From: the human T2T-CHM13v2.0 reference genome, Homo sapiens
DNA: 64,000 nucleotides
Assembly: GCF_009914755.1 (NCBI RefSeq)
Contig: NC_060925.1
Direction: 5' to 3' (one strand)
The notes under the pieces are model-generated. The model was not told where the DNA came from and did not search any database. It saw only the letters and a list, made by a program, of their open reading frames with translations. Both the position numbers and the translations under genes were made by a program. Shown piece by piece: positions 1 through 13,100 of this stretch. Position 1 is the stretch's first letter. Each line of letters begins with the position of its first letter.

Positions 1-319
1 CCCGAATGGAATCATCTAATGGAATGGAATGGAATAATCCATGGACTCGAATGCAATCATCATCGAATGGAATCGAATGGAATCATCGAATGGACTCGAA
101 TGGAATAATCATTGAACGGAATCGAATGGAATCATCATCGGATGGAAATGAATGGAATCATCAACGAATGGAATCGAATAGAATTATGGAATGAAATCCA
201 GTGTGATCATCATCGAATGGACCCGAATGGAATCATCATCCAACGGAAGCTAATGGAATCAACATCGAATGAATCAAATGGAAACACCATCGAATTGAAA
301 CGAATGGAATTATCATGAA

Positions 320-3300
320 ATTGAAATGGATGGACTCATCATCGAATGGATTCGAATGGAATCATCGAATAAAATTGATTGAAATCATCATCCAATGGAA
401 TCGAATGGTATCATTGAATGGAATCGAATGGAATCATCATCAGATGGAAATGAATGGAATCGTCATAGAATGGAATCGAATGGATTCATTGAATGGAATC
501 AGATGGAATCATCGAATGGACTGGAATGGAATCATTGAATGGACTCGAAAGGGATCATTATTGAATGGAATTGAATGGAATCATCGAATGGTCTCGATTG
601 GAATCATTATCAAATGGAATCGAATGGAATCACCGAATAGAATCGAATGGAACAATCATCGAATGGACTCAAATGGAATCATCCTCAAATGGAATGCAAT
701 GGAATTATCGAATGCAATCGAATAGAATCATCGAATGGACTCGAATGGAATCATCGAATGGAATGGAATGGAACAGTCAATGAACTCGAATGGAATCATC
801 ATTGAATGGAATCGAATGGAATCATCGAGTGGAATCGAATGGAATTATGATCAAATGGAATCTAATGTAATAATCATCAAATGGAATCAAAAATAACCAT
901 CATCAATTGGTATTGAATGGAATTGTCATCAAATGGAATTCAAAGGAATCATCATCAAATGGAACCGAATGGAATCCTCATTGAATGGAAATGAAAGGGG
1001 TCATCATCTAATGGAATCGCATGGAATCATCATCAAATGGAATCGAATGGAATCATCATCAAATGGAATCTGATGGAATCATTGAACAGAATTGAATGGA
1101 ATCGTCATCGAATGAATTGAATGCAATCATCGAATGGTCTCGAATGGAATCATCTTCTAATGGAAAGGAATGGAATCATCGCATAGAATCGAATGGAATT
1201 AACATTGAATGGACTCGAATGGAATCAACATCAAACGGAATCAAGCGGAATTATCGAATGGAATCGAAGAGAATCATCGAATGGACTCGAATGGAATAAT
1301 CTAATGGAATTGAATGGAATAATCCACGGACTCGAATGCAATCATCATCGTATAGAATCGAATGGAATCATCGAATGGACTCGAATGGAATAATCATTGA
1401 ACGGAATCGAATGGAATCATCATCGGATGGAAACGAATGGAATCATCATCGAATGGAAATGAAAGGAGTCATCATCTAATGGAATTGCATGGAATCATCA
1501 TCAAATGGAATCGAATGGAATCAACAGCAAATGGAATCAAATGTAATCATTGAACGGAATTGAATGGAATCGTCATCCAATGAATGAATGCAATCATCGA
1601 ATGGTCTCGAATGCAATCATCTTCAAATGGAATGGAATGGAATCATCGCATAGAATCGAATGGAATTATCATCGAATGGAATCGAATGGTATCAACATCA
1701 AACGGAAAAAAACGGAATTATCGAATGAAATCGAATAGAATCATCGAATGGACCCGAATGGAATCATCTAATGGAATGGAATGGAATAATCCACGGACTC
1801 GAATGCAATCATCGTCGAATGGAATCGAATGGAATCATCGAATGGACTCGAATGGAATAATCATTGAACAGAATCGAATGGAATCATCATCGGATGGAAA
1901 CGAATGGAATCATCATCGAATGGAAATGAAAGGAGTCATCATCTAATGGAATTGCATGGAATCATCATCAAATGGAATCGAATGGAATCAACATCAAATG
2001 GAATCAAATGGAATCATTGAACGGAATTGAATGGAATCGTCATCGAATGAATTGAATGCAATCATCGAATGGTCTCGAGTGGAATCATCTTCAAATGGAA
2101 TGGAATGGAATCATCGCATAGAATCGAATGGAATTATCATCGAATGGAATCGAATGGTATCAACATCCAACGGAAAAAAACGGAATTATCGAATGGAATC
2201 GAAGAGAATCTTCGAACGGACCCGAATGGAATCATCTAATGGAATGGAATGGAATAATCCATGGACTGGAAGGCAATCATCATTGAACGGAATCGAAAGG
2301 AATCATCATCGGATGGAAACGAATGGAATCATCATCGAATGGAAATGAAAGGAGTCATCATCTAATGGAATTGCATGGAATCATCATAAAATGGAATCGA
2401 ATGGAATCAACATCAAATGGAATCAAATGGAATCATTGAACGGAATTGAATGGAACCGTCATCGAATGAATTGAATGCAATCATCGAATGGTCTCGAATG
2501 GAATCATCTTCAAATGGAATGGAATGGAATCATCGCATAGAATCGAATGGAATTATCATCGAATGGAATCGAATGGAATCAACATCAAACGGAAAAAAAC
2601 GGAATTATCGAATGGAATCGAATAGAATCATCGAATGGACCCGAATGGAATCATCTAATGGAATGGAATGGAATAATCCGTGGACTCGAATGCAATCATC
2701 ATCGAATGGAATCGAATGGAATCATCCAATGGACTCGAATGGAATAATCATTGAACGGAATCGAATGGAATCATCATCGGATGGAAATGAATGGAATCAT
2801 CATCGAATGGAATCGAATAGAATTATGGAATGAAATCCAGTGTGATCATCATCGAATGGACCCGAATGGAATCATCATCCAACGGATGCTAATGGAATCA
2901 ACATCGAATGAATCAAATGGAAACACCATCGAATTGAAACGAATGGAATTACCATGAAATTGAAATGGATGGACTCATCATCGAATGGATTCGAATGGAA
3001 TCATCGAATAAAATTGATTGAAATCATCATCGAATGGAATCGAATGCATTCATTGAATGGAATCAGATGGAATCATCGAATGGACTGGAATGGAATCATT
3101 GAATGGACACGAAAGAGATCATGATTGAATGGAATTGAATGGAATCATCGAATGGTCTCGATTGGAATCATTATCAAATGGAATCGAATGGAATCACCGA
3201 ATAGAATCGAATGGAACAATCATCGAATGGACTCAAATGGAATTATCCTCAAATGGAATGGAATGGAATTATCGAATGCAATCGAATGGAATTATCGAAT

Positions 3301-4240
3301 GCAATCGAATAGAATCATTGAATGGACTCGAATGGAATAATCATTGAACGGAATCGAATGGAATCATCATCGGATGGAAACGAATGGAATCATCATCGAA
3401 TGGAAATGAAAGGAGTCATCATCTAATGGAATTGCATGGAATCATCATAAAATGGAATCGAATGGAATCAACATCAAATGGAATCAAATGGAATCATTGA
3501 ACGGAATTGAATGGAATCGTCATCGAATGAATTGAATGCAATCATCGAATGGTCTCGAATGGAATCATCTTCAAATGGAATGGAATGGAATCATCGCATA
3601 GAATCGAATGGAATTATCATCGAATGGAATCGAATGGAATCAACATCAAACGGAAAAAAACGGAATTATCGAATGGAATCGAAGAGAATCATCGAATGGA
3701 CCCGAATGGAATCATCTAATGGAATGGAATGGAATAATCCATGGACTCGAATGCAATCATCATCGAATGGAATCGAATGGAATCATCGAATGGACCCGAA
3801 TGGAATAATCATTGAATGGAATCGAATGGAATCATCATCGGATGGAAATGAAAGGAGTCATCATCTAATGGAATTGCATGGAATCATCATAAAATGGAAT
3901 CGAATGGAATCAACATCAAATGGAATCAAATGGAATCATTGAACGGAATTGAATGGAATCGTGATCGAATGAATTGAATGCAATCATCGAATGGTCTCGA
4001 ATGGAATCATCTTCAAATGGAATGGAATGGAATCATCGCATAGAATCGAATGGAATTATCATCGAATGGAATCGAATGGAATCAACATCAAACGGAAAAA
4101 AACGGAATTATCGAATGGAATCGAAGAGAATCATCGAATGGACCCGAATGGAATCATCTAATGAAACGGAATGGAATAATCCATGGACTCGAATGCAATC
4201 ATCATCGAATGGAATCGAATGGAATCATCGAATGGACTCG
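320..4240 (+). repeat. Rearranged ~3.9-kb block, copy 1 (2639-bp and 1503-bp aberrant units)
   Basis: A-copy starts at 1096, 1564, 2031, 2450, 3511 and 3953, with 23-, 1-, 49-, 75-, 640- and 26-bp deletions. All of these recur 9832 bp downstream. Confidence 0.88.
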
Positions 4241-4460
4241 AATGGAATAATCATTGAACGGAATCGAATGGAATCATCATCGGATGGAAATGAATGGAAT
4301 CATCATCGAATGGAATCGAATAGAATTATGGAATGAAATCCAGTGTGATCATCATCGAATGGACCCGAATGGAATCATCATCCAACGGAAGCTAATGGAA
4401 TCAACATCGAATGAATCGAATGGAAACACCATCGAATTGAAACGAATGGAATTACCATGA

Positions 4461-7076
4461 AATTGAAATGGATGGACTCATCATCGAATGGATTCGAATG
4501 GAATCATCGAATAAAATTGATTGAAATCATCATCGAATGGAATCGAATGGTATCATTGAATGGAATCGAATGGAATCATCATCAGATGGAAATGAATGGA
4601 ATCGTCATAGAATGGAATCGAATGGATTCATTGAATGGAATCAGATGGAATCATCGAATGGACTGGAATGGAATCATTGAATGGACTCGAAAGGGATCAT
4701 GATTGAATGGAATTGAATGGAATCATCGAATGGTCTCGATTGGAATCATTATCAAATGGAATCGAATGGAATCACCGAATAGAATCGAATGGAACAATCA
4801 TCGAATGGACTCAAATGGAATTATCCTCAAATGGAATCGAATGGAATTATCAAATGCAATCGAATGGAATTATCGAATGCAATCGAATAGAATCATCGAA
4901 TGGACTCGAATGGAATCATCGAATGGAATGGAATGGAACAGTCAATGAACTCGAATGGAATCATCATTGAATGGAATCGAATGGAATCATCGAGTGGAAT
5001 CGAATGGAATTATGATCAAATGGAATCGAATGTAATCATCATCAAATGGAATCAAAAATAACCATCATCAATTGGTAATGAATGGAATTGTCATCAAATG
5101 GAATTCAAAGGAATCATCATCAAATGGAACCGAATGGAATCCTCATTGAATGGAAATGAAAGGGGTCATCATCTAATGGAATCGCATGGAATCATCATCA
5201 AATGGAATCGAATGGAATCATCATCAAATGGAATCTAATGGAATCATTGAACAGAATTGAATGGAATCGTCATCGAAAGAATTGAATGCAATCATCGAAT
5301 GGTCTCGAATGGAATCATCTTCTAATGGAAAGGAATGGAATCATCGCATAGAATCGAATGGAATTATCATCGAATGGAATCGAATGGTATCAACACCAAA
5401 CGGAAAAAAACGGAATTATCGAATGGAATCGAAGAGAATCTTCGAACGGACCCGAATGGAATCATCTAATGGAATGGAATGGAATAATCCATGGACTCGA
5501 ATGCAATCATCATCGAATGGAATCGAATGGAATCATCGAATGGACTCGAATGGAATAATCATTGAACGGAATCGAATGGAATCATCATCGGATGGAAATG
5601 AATGGAATCATCATCGAATGGAATCGAATAGAATTATGGAATGAAATCCAGTGTGATCATCATCGAATGGACCCGAATGGAATCATCATCCAACGGAAGC
5701 TAATGGAATCAACATCGAATGAATCAAATGGAAACACCATCGAATTGAAACGAATGGAATTACCATGAAATTGAAATGGATGGACTCATCATCGAATGGA
5801 TTCGAATGGAATCATCGAATAAAATTGATTGAAATCATCATCGAATGGAATCGAATGGTATCATTGAATGGAATCGAATGGAATCATCATCAGATGGAAA
5901 TGAATGGAATCGTCATAGAATGGAATCGAATGGATTCATTGAATGGAATCAGAACGAATCATAGAATGGACTGGAATGGAATCATTGAATGGACTCGAAA
6001 GGGATCATGATTGAATGGAATTGAATGGAATCATCGAATGGTCTCGATTGGAATCATTATCAAATGGAATCGAATGGAATCACCGAATAGAATCGAATGG
6101 AACAATCATCGAATGGACTCAAATGGAATTATCCTCAAATGGAATGGAATGGAATTATCGAATGCAATCGAATGGAATTATCGAATGCAATCGAATAGAA
6201 TCATCGAATGGACTCGAATGGAATCATCGAATGGAATGGAATGGAACAGTCAATGAACTCGAATGGAATCATCATTGAATGGAATCGAATGGAATCATCG
6301 AGTGGAATCGAATGGAATTATGATCAAATGGAATCGAATGTAATCATCATCAAATGGAATCAAAAATAACCATCATCAATTGGTATTGAATGGAATTGTC
6401 ATCAAATGGAATTCAAAGGAATCATCATCAAATGGAACCGAATGGAATCCTCATTGAATGGAAATGAAAGGGGTCATCATCTAATGGAATCGCATGGAAT
6501 CATCATCAAATGGAATCGAATGGAATCATCATCAAATGGAATCTAATGGAATCATTGAAAAGAATTGAATGGAATCGTCATTGAATGAATTGAATGCAAT
6601 CATCGAATGGTCTCGAATGGAATCATCTTCTAATGGGAAGGAATGGAATCATCGCATAGAATCGAATGGAATTATCATCGAATGGAATCGAATGGTATCA
6701 ACACCAAACGGAAAAAAACGGAATTATCGAATGGAATCGAAGAGAATCTTCGAACGGACCCGAATGGAATCATCTAATGGAATGGAATGGAATAATCCAT
6801 GGACTCGAATGCAATCATCATCGAATGGAATCGAATGGAATCATCGAATGGACTCGAATGGAATAATCATTGAACGGAATCGAATGGAACCATCATCGGA
6901 TGGAAATGAATGGAATCATCATCGAATGGAATCGAATAGAATTATTGAATGAAATCCAGTGTGATCATCATCGAATGGACCCGAATGGAATCATCATCCA
7001 ACGGAAGCTAATGGAATCAACATCGAATGAATCGAATGGAAACACCATCGAATTGAAACGAATGGAATTATCATGA
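4461..7076 (+). repeat. Two tandem 1308-bp short units (1776 minus one 468-bp sub-repeat)
   Basis: Marker spacing 4460-5768-7076 is 1308 each. The single A copy has an A1 5' part and an A2-type exit into B. Further short units are at 8843-10150, 24927-26234, 26235-27516 (1282) and 32845-34126 (1282). Confidence 0.9.
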
Positions 7077-10000
7077 AATTGAAATGGATGGACTCATCAT
7101 CGAATGGATTCGAATGGAATCATCGAATAAAATTGATTGAAATCATCATCGAATGGAATCGAATGGTATCATTGAATGGAATCATCATCAGATGGAAATG
7201 AATGGAATCGTCATAGAATGGAATCGAATGGATTCCTTGAATGGAATCAGATGGAATCATCGAATGGACTGGAATGGAATCATTGAATGGACTCGAAAGG
7301 GATCATTATTGAATGGAATTGAATGGAATCATCGAATGGTCTCGATTGGAATCATTATCAAATGGAATCGAATGGAATCACCGAATAGAATCGAATGGAA
7401 CAATCATCGAATGGACTCAAATGGAAGTATCCTCAAATGGAATCGAATGGAATTATCGAATGCAATCGAATGGAATTATCGAATGCAATCGAATAGAATC
7501 ATCGAATGGACTCGAATGGAATCATCGAATGGAATGGAATGGAACAGTCAATGAACTCGAATGGAATCATCATTGAATGGAATCGAATGGAATCATCGAG
7601 TGGAATCGTATGGAATTATGATCAAATGGAATCGAATGTAATCATCATCAAATGGAATCAAAAATAACCATCATCAATTGGTATTGAATGGAATTGTCAT
7701 CAAATGGAATTCAAAGGAATCATCATCAAATGGAACCGAATGGAATCCTCACTGAATGGAAATGAAAGGGGTCATCATCTAATGGAATCGCATGGAATCA
7801 TCATCAAATGGAATCGAATGGAATCATCATCAAATGGAATCTAATGGAATCATTGAACAGAATTGAATGGAATCGTCATGGAATGAATTGAATGCAATCA
7901 TCGAATGGTCTCGAATGGAATCATCTTCTAATGGAAAGGAATGGAATCATCGCATAGAATCGAATGGAATTATCATCGAATGGAATCGAATGGTATCAAC
8001 ACCAAACGGAAAAAAACGGAGTTATCGAATGGAATCGAAGAGAATCTTCGAACGGACCCGAATGGAATCATCTAATGGAATGGAATGGAATAATCCATGG
8101 ACTCGAATGCAATCATCGTCGAATGGAATCGAATGGAATCATCGAATGGACTCGAATGGAATAATCATTGAACGGAATCGAATGGAATCATCATCGGATG
8201 GAAACGAATGGAATCATCATCGAATGGAAATGAAAGGAGTCATCATCTAATGGAATTGCATGGAATCATCATAAAATGGAATCGAATGGAATCAACATCA
8301 AATGGAATCAAATGGAATCATTGAACGGAATTGAATGGAATCGTCATCGAATGAATTGACTGCAATCATCGAATGGTCTCGAATGGAATCATCTTCAAAT
8401 GGAATGGAATGGAATCATCGCATAGAATCGAATGGAATTATCATCGAATGGAATCGAATGGAATCAACATCAAACGGAAAAAAACGGAATTATCGAATGG
8501 AATCGAAGAGAATCATCGAATGGACCCGAATGGAATCATCTAATGGAATGGAATGGAATAATCCATGGACTCGAATGCAATCATCATCGAATGGAATCGA
8601 ATGGAATCATCGAATGGACTCGAATGGAGTAATCATTGAACGGAATCGAATGGAATCATCATCGGATGGAAATGAATGGAATCATCATCGAATGGAATCG
8701 AATAGAATTATGGAATGAAATCCAGTGTGATCATCATCGAATGGACCCGAATGGAATCATCATCCACCGGAAGCTAATGGAATCAACATCGAATGAATCG
8801 AATGGAAACACCATCGAATTGAAACGAATGGAATTATCATGAAATTAAAATGGATGGACTCATCATCGAATGGATTCGAATGGAATCATCGAATAAAATT
8901 GATTGAAATCATCATCGAATGGAATCGAATGGTATCATTGAATGGAATCGAATGGAATCATCATCAGATGGAAATGAATGGAATCGTCATAGAATGGAAT
9001 CGAATGGATTCATTGAATGGAATCAGATGGAATCATCGAATGGACTGGAATGGCATCATTGAATGGACCCGAATGGGATCATGATTGAATGGAATTGAAT
9101 GGAATCATCGAATGGTCTCGATTGGAATCATTATCAAATGGAATCGAATGGAATCACCGAATAGAATCGAATGGAACAATCATCGAATGGACTCAAATGG
9201 AATTATCCTCAAATGGAATCGAATGGAATTATCGAATGCAATCGAATGGAATTATCGAATGCAATCGAATAGAATCATCGAAAGGACTCGAATGGAATCA
9301 GCGAATGCAATGGAATGGAACAGTCAATGAACTCGAATGGAATCATCATTGAATGGAATCGAATGGAATCATCGAGTGGAATCGAATGGAATTATGATCA
9401 AATGGAATCGAATGTAATCATCATCAAATGGAATCATAAATAACCATCATCAATTGGTATTGAATGGAATTGTCATCAAATGGAATTCAAAGGAATCATC
9501 ATCAAATGGAACCGAATGGAATCCTCATTGAATGGAAATGAAAGGGGTCATCATCTAATGGAATCGCATGGAATCATCATCAAATGGTATCGAATGGAAT
9601 CATCATCAAATGGAATCTAATGGAATCATTGAACAGAATTGAATGGAATCGTCATCGAATGAATTGAATGCAATCATCGAATGGTCTCGAATGGAATCAT
9701 CTTCTAATGGAAAGGAATGGAATCATCGCATAGAATCGAATGGAATTATCATCGAATGGAATCGAATGGTATCAACACCAAACGGAAAAAAACGGAATTA
9801 TCGAATGGAATCGAAGAGAATCTTCGAACGGACCCGAATGGAATCATCTAATGGAATGGAATGGAATAATCCATGGACTCGAATGCAATCATCATCGAAT
9901 GGAATGGAATGGAATCATCGAATGGACTCGAATGGAATAATCATTGAACGGAATCGAATGGAATCATCATCAGATGGAAATGAATGGAATCATCATCGAA

Positions 10001-10151
10001 TGGAATCGAATAGAATTATGGAATGAAATCCAGTGTGATCATCATCGAATGGACCCAAATGGAATCATCATCCAACGGAATCTAATGGAATCAACATCGA
10101 ATGAATCGAATGGAAACACCATCGTATTGAAACGAATGGAATTATCATGAA

Positions 10152-13100
10152 ATTGAAATGGATGGACTCATCATCGAATGGATTCGAATGGAATCATCGA
10201 ATAAAATTGATTGAAATCATCATCCAATGGAATCGAATGGTATCATTGAATGGAATCGAATGGAATCATCATCAGATGGAAATGAATGGAATCGTCATAG
10301 AATGGAATCGAATGGATTCATTGAATGGAATCAGATGGAATCATCGAATGGACTGGAATGGAATCATTGAATAGACTCGAAAGGGATCATTATTGAATGG
10401 AATTGAATGGAATCATCGAATGGTCTCGATTGGAATCATTATCAAATGGAAACGAATGGAATCACCGAATAGAATCGAATGGAACAATCATCGAATGGAC
10501 TCAAATGGAATCATCCTCAAATGGAATGGAATGGAATTATCGAATGCAATCGAATAGAATCATCGAATGGACTCGAATGGAATCATCGAATGGAATGGAA
10601 TGGAACAGTCAATGAACTCGAATGGAATCATCATTGAATGGAATCGAATGGAATCATCGAGTGGAATCGAATGGAATTATGATCAAATGGAATCTAATGT
10701 AATAATCATCAAATGGAATCAAAAATAACCATCATCAATTGGTATTGAATGGAATTGTCATCAAATGGAATTCAAAGGAATCATCATCAAATGGAACCGA
10801 ATGGAATCCTCATTGAATGGAAATGAAAGGGGTCATCATCTAATGGAATCGCATGGAATCATCATCAAATGGAATCGAATGGAATCATCATCAAATGGAA
10901 TCTGATGGAATCATTGAACAGAATTGAATGGAATCGTCATCGAATGAATTGAATGCAATCATCGAATGGTCTCGAATGGAATCATCTTCTAATGGAAAGG
11001 AATGGAATCATCGCATAGAATCGAATGGAATTAACATTGAATGGACTCGAATGGAATCAACATCAAACGGAATCAAGCGGAATTATCGAATGGAATCGAA
11101 GAGAATCATCGAATGGACTCGAATGGAATAATCTAATGGAATTGAATGGAATAATCCACGGACTCGAATGCAATCATCATCGTATAGAATCGAATGGAAT
11201 CATCGAATGGACTCGAATGGAATAATCATTGAACGGAATCGAATGGAATCATCATCGGATGGAAACGAATGGAATCATCATCGAATGGAAATGAAAGGAG
11301 TCATCATCTAATGGAATTGCATGGAATCATCATCAAATGGAATCGAATGGAATCAACAGCAAATGGAATCAAATGGAATCATTGAACGGAATTGAATGGA
11401 ATCGTCATCCAATGAATGAATGCAATCATCGAATGGTCTCGAATGCAATCATCTTCAAATGGAATGGAATGGAATCATCGCATAGAATCGAATGGAATTA
11501 TCATCGAATGGAATCGAATGGTATCAACATCAAACGGAAAAAAACGGAATTATCGAATGGAATCGAATAGAATCATCGAATGGACCCGAATGGAATCATC
11601 TAATGGAATGGAATGGAATAATCCACGGACTCGAATGCAATCATCGTCGAATGGAATCGAATGGAATCATCGAATGGACTCGAATGGAATAATCATTGAA
11701 CAGAATCGAATGGAATCATCATCGGATGGAAACGAATGGAATCATCATCGAATGGAAATGAAAGGAGTCATCATCTAATGGAATTGCATGGAGTCATCAT
11801 CAAATGGAATCGAATGGAATCAACATCAAATGGAATCAAATGGAATCATTGAACGGAATTGAATGGAATCGTCATCGAATGAATTGAATGCAATCATCGA
11901 ATGGTCTCGAGTGGAATCATCTTCAAATGGAATGGAATGGAATCATCGCATAGAATCGAATGGAATTATCATCGAATGGAATCGAATGGTATCAACATCA
12001 AACGGAAAAAAACGGAATTATCGAATGGAATCGAAGAGAATCTTCGAACGGACCCGAATGGAATCATCTAATGGAATGGAATGGAATAATCCATGGACTG
12101 GAAGGCAATCATCATTGAACGGAATCGAAAGGAATCATCATCGGATGGAAACGAATGGAATCATCATCGAATGGAAATGAAAGGAGTCATCATCTAATGG
12201 AATTGCATGGAATCATCATAAAATGGAATCGAATGGAATCAACATCAAATGGAATCAAATGGAATCATTGAACGGAATTGAATGGAATCGTCATCGAATG
12301 AATTGAATGCAATCATCGAATGGTCTCGAATGGAATCATCTTCAAATGGAATGGAATGGAATCATCGCATAGAATCGAATGGAATTATCATCGAATGGAA
12401 TCGAATGGAATCAACATCAAACGGAAAAAAACGGAATTATCGAATGGAATCGAATAGAATCATCGAATGGACCCGAATGGAATCATCTAATGGAATGGAA
12501 TGGAATAATCCGTGGAGTCGAATGCAATCATCATCGAATGGAATCGAATGGAATCATCCAATGGACTCGAATGGAATAATCATTGAACGGAATCGAATGG
12601 AATCATCATCGGATGGAAATGAATGGAATCATCATCGAATGGAATCGAATAGAATTATGGAATGAAATCCAGTGTGATCATCATCGAATGGACCCGAATG
12701 GAATCATCATCCAACGGATGGTAATGGAATCAACATCGAATGAATCAAATGGAAACACCATCGAATTGAAACGAATGGAATTACCATGAAATTGAAATGG
12801 ATGGACTCATCATCGAATGGATTCGAATGGAATCATCGAATAAAATTGATTGAAATCATCATCGAATGGAATCGAATGGATTCATTGAATGGAATCAGAT
12901 GGAATCATCGAATGGACTGGAATGGAATCATTGAATGGACACGAAAGAGATCATGATTGAATGGAATTGAATGGAATCATCGAATGGTCTCGATTGGAAT
13001 CATTATCAAATGGAATCGAATGGAATCACCGAATAGAATCGAATGGAACAATCATCGAATGGACTCAAATGGAATTATCCTCAAATGGAATGGAATGGAA

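Noticed and set aside
1702-1716. CGGAAAAAAACGG tract as a terminator or retroposon tail
   Set aside because: It is only seven A, fixed at the same position in most A copies and alignable to the degenerate monomer GGAATCAAACGG.
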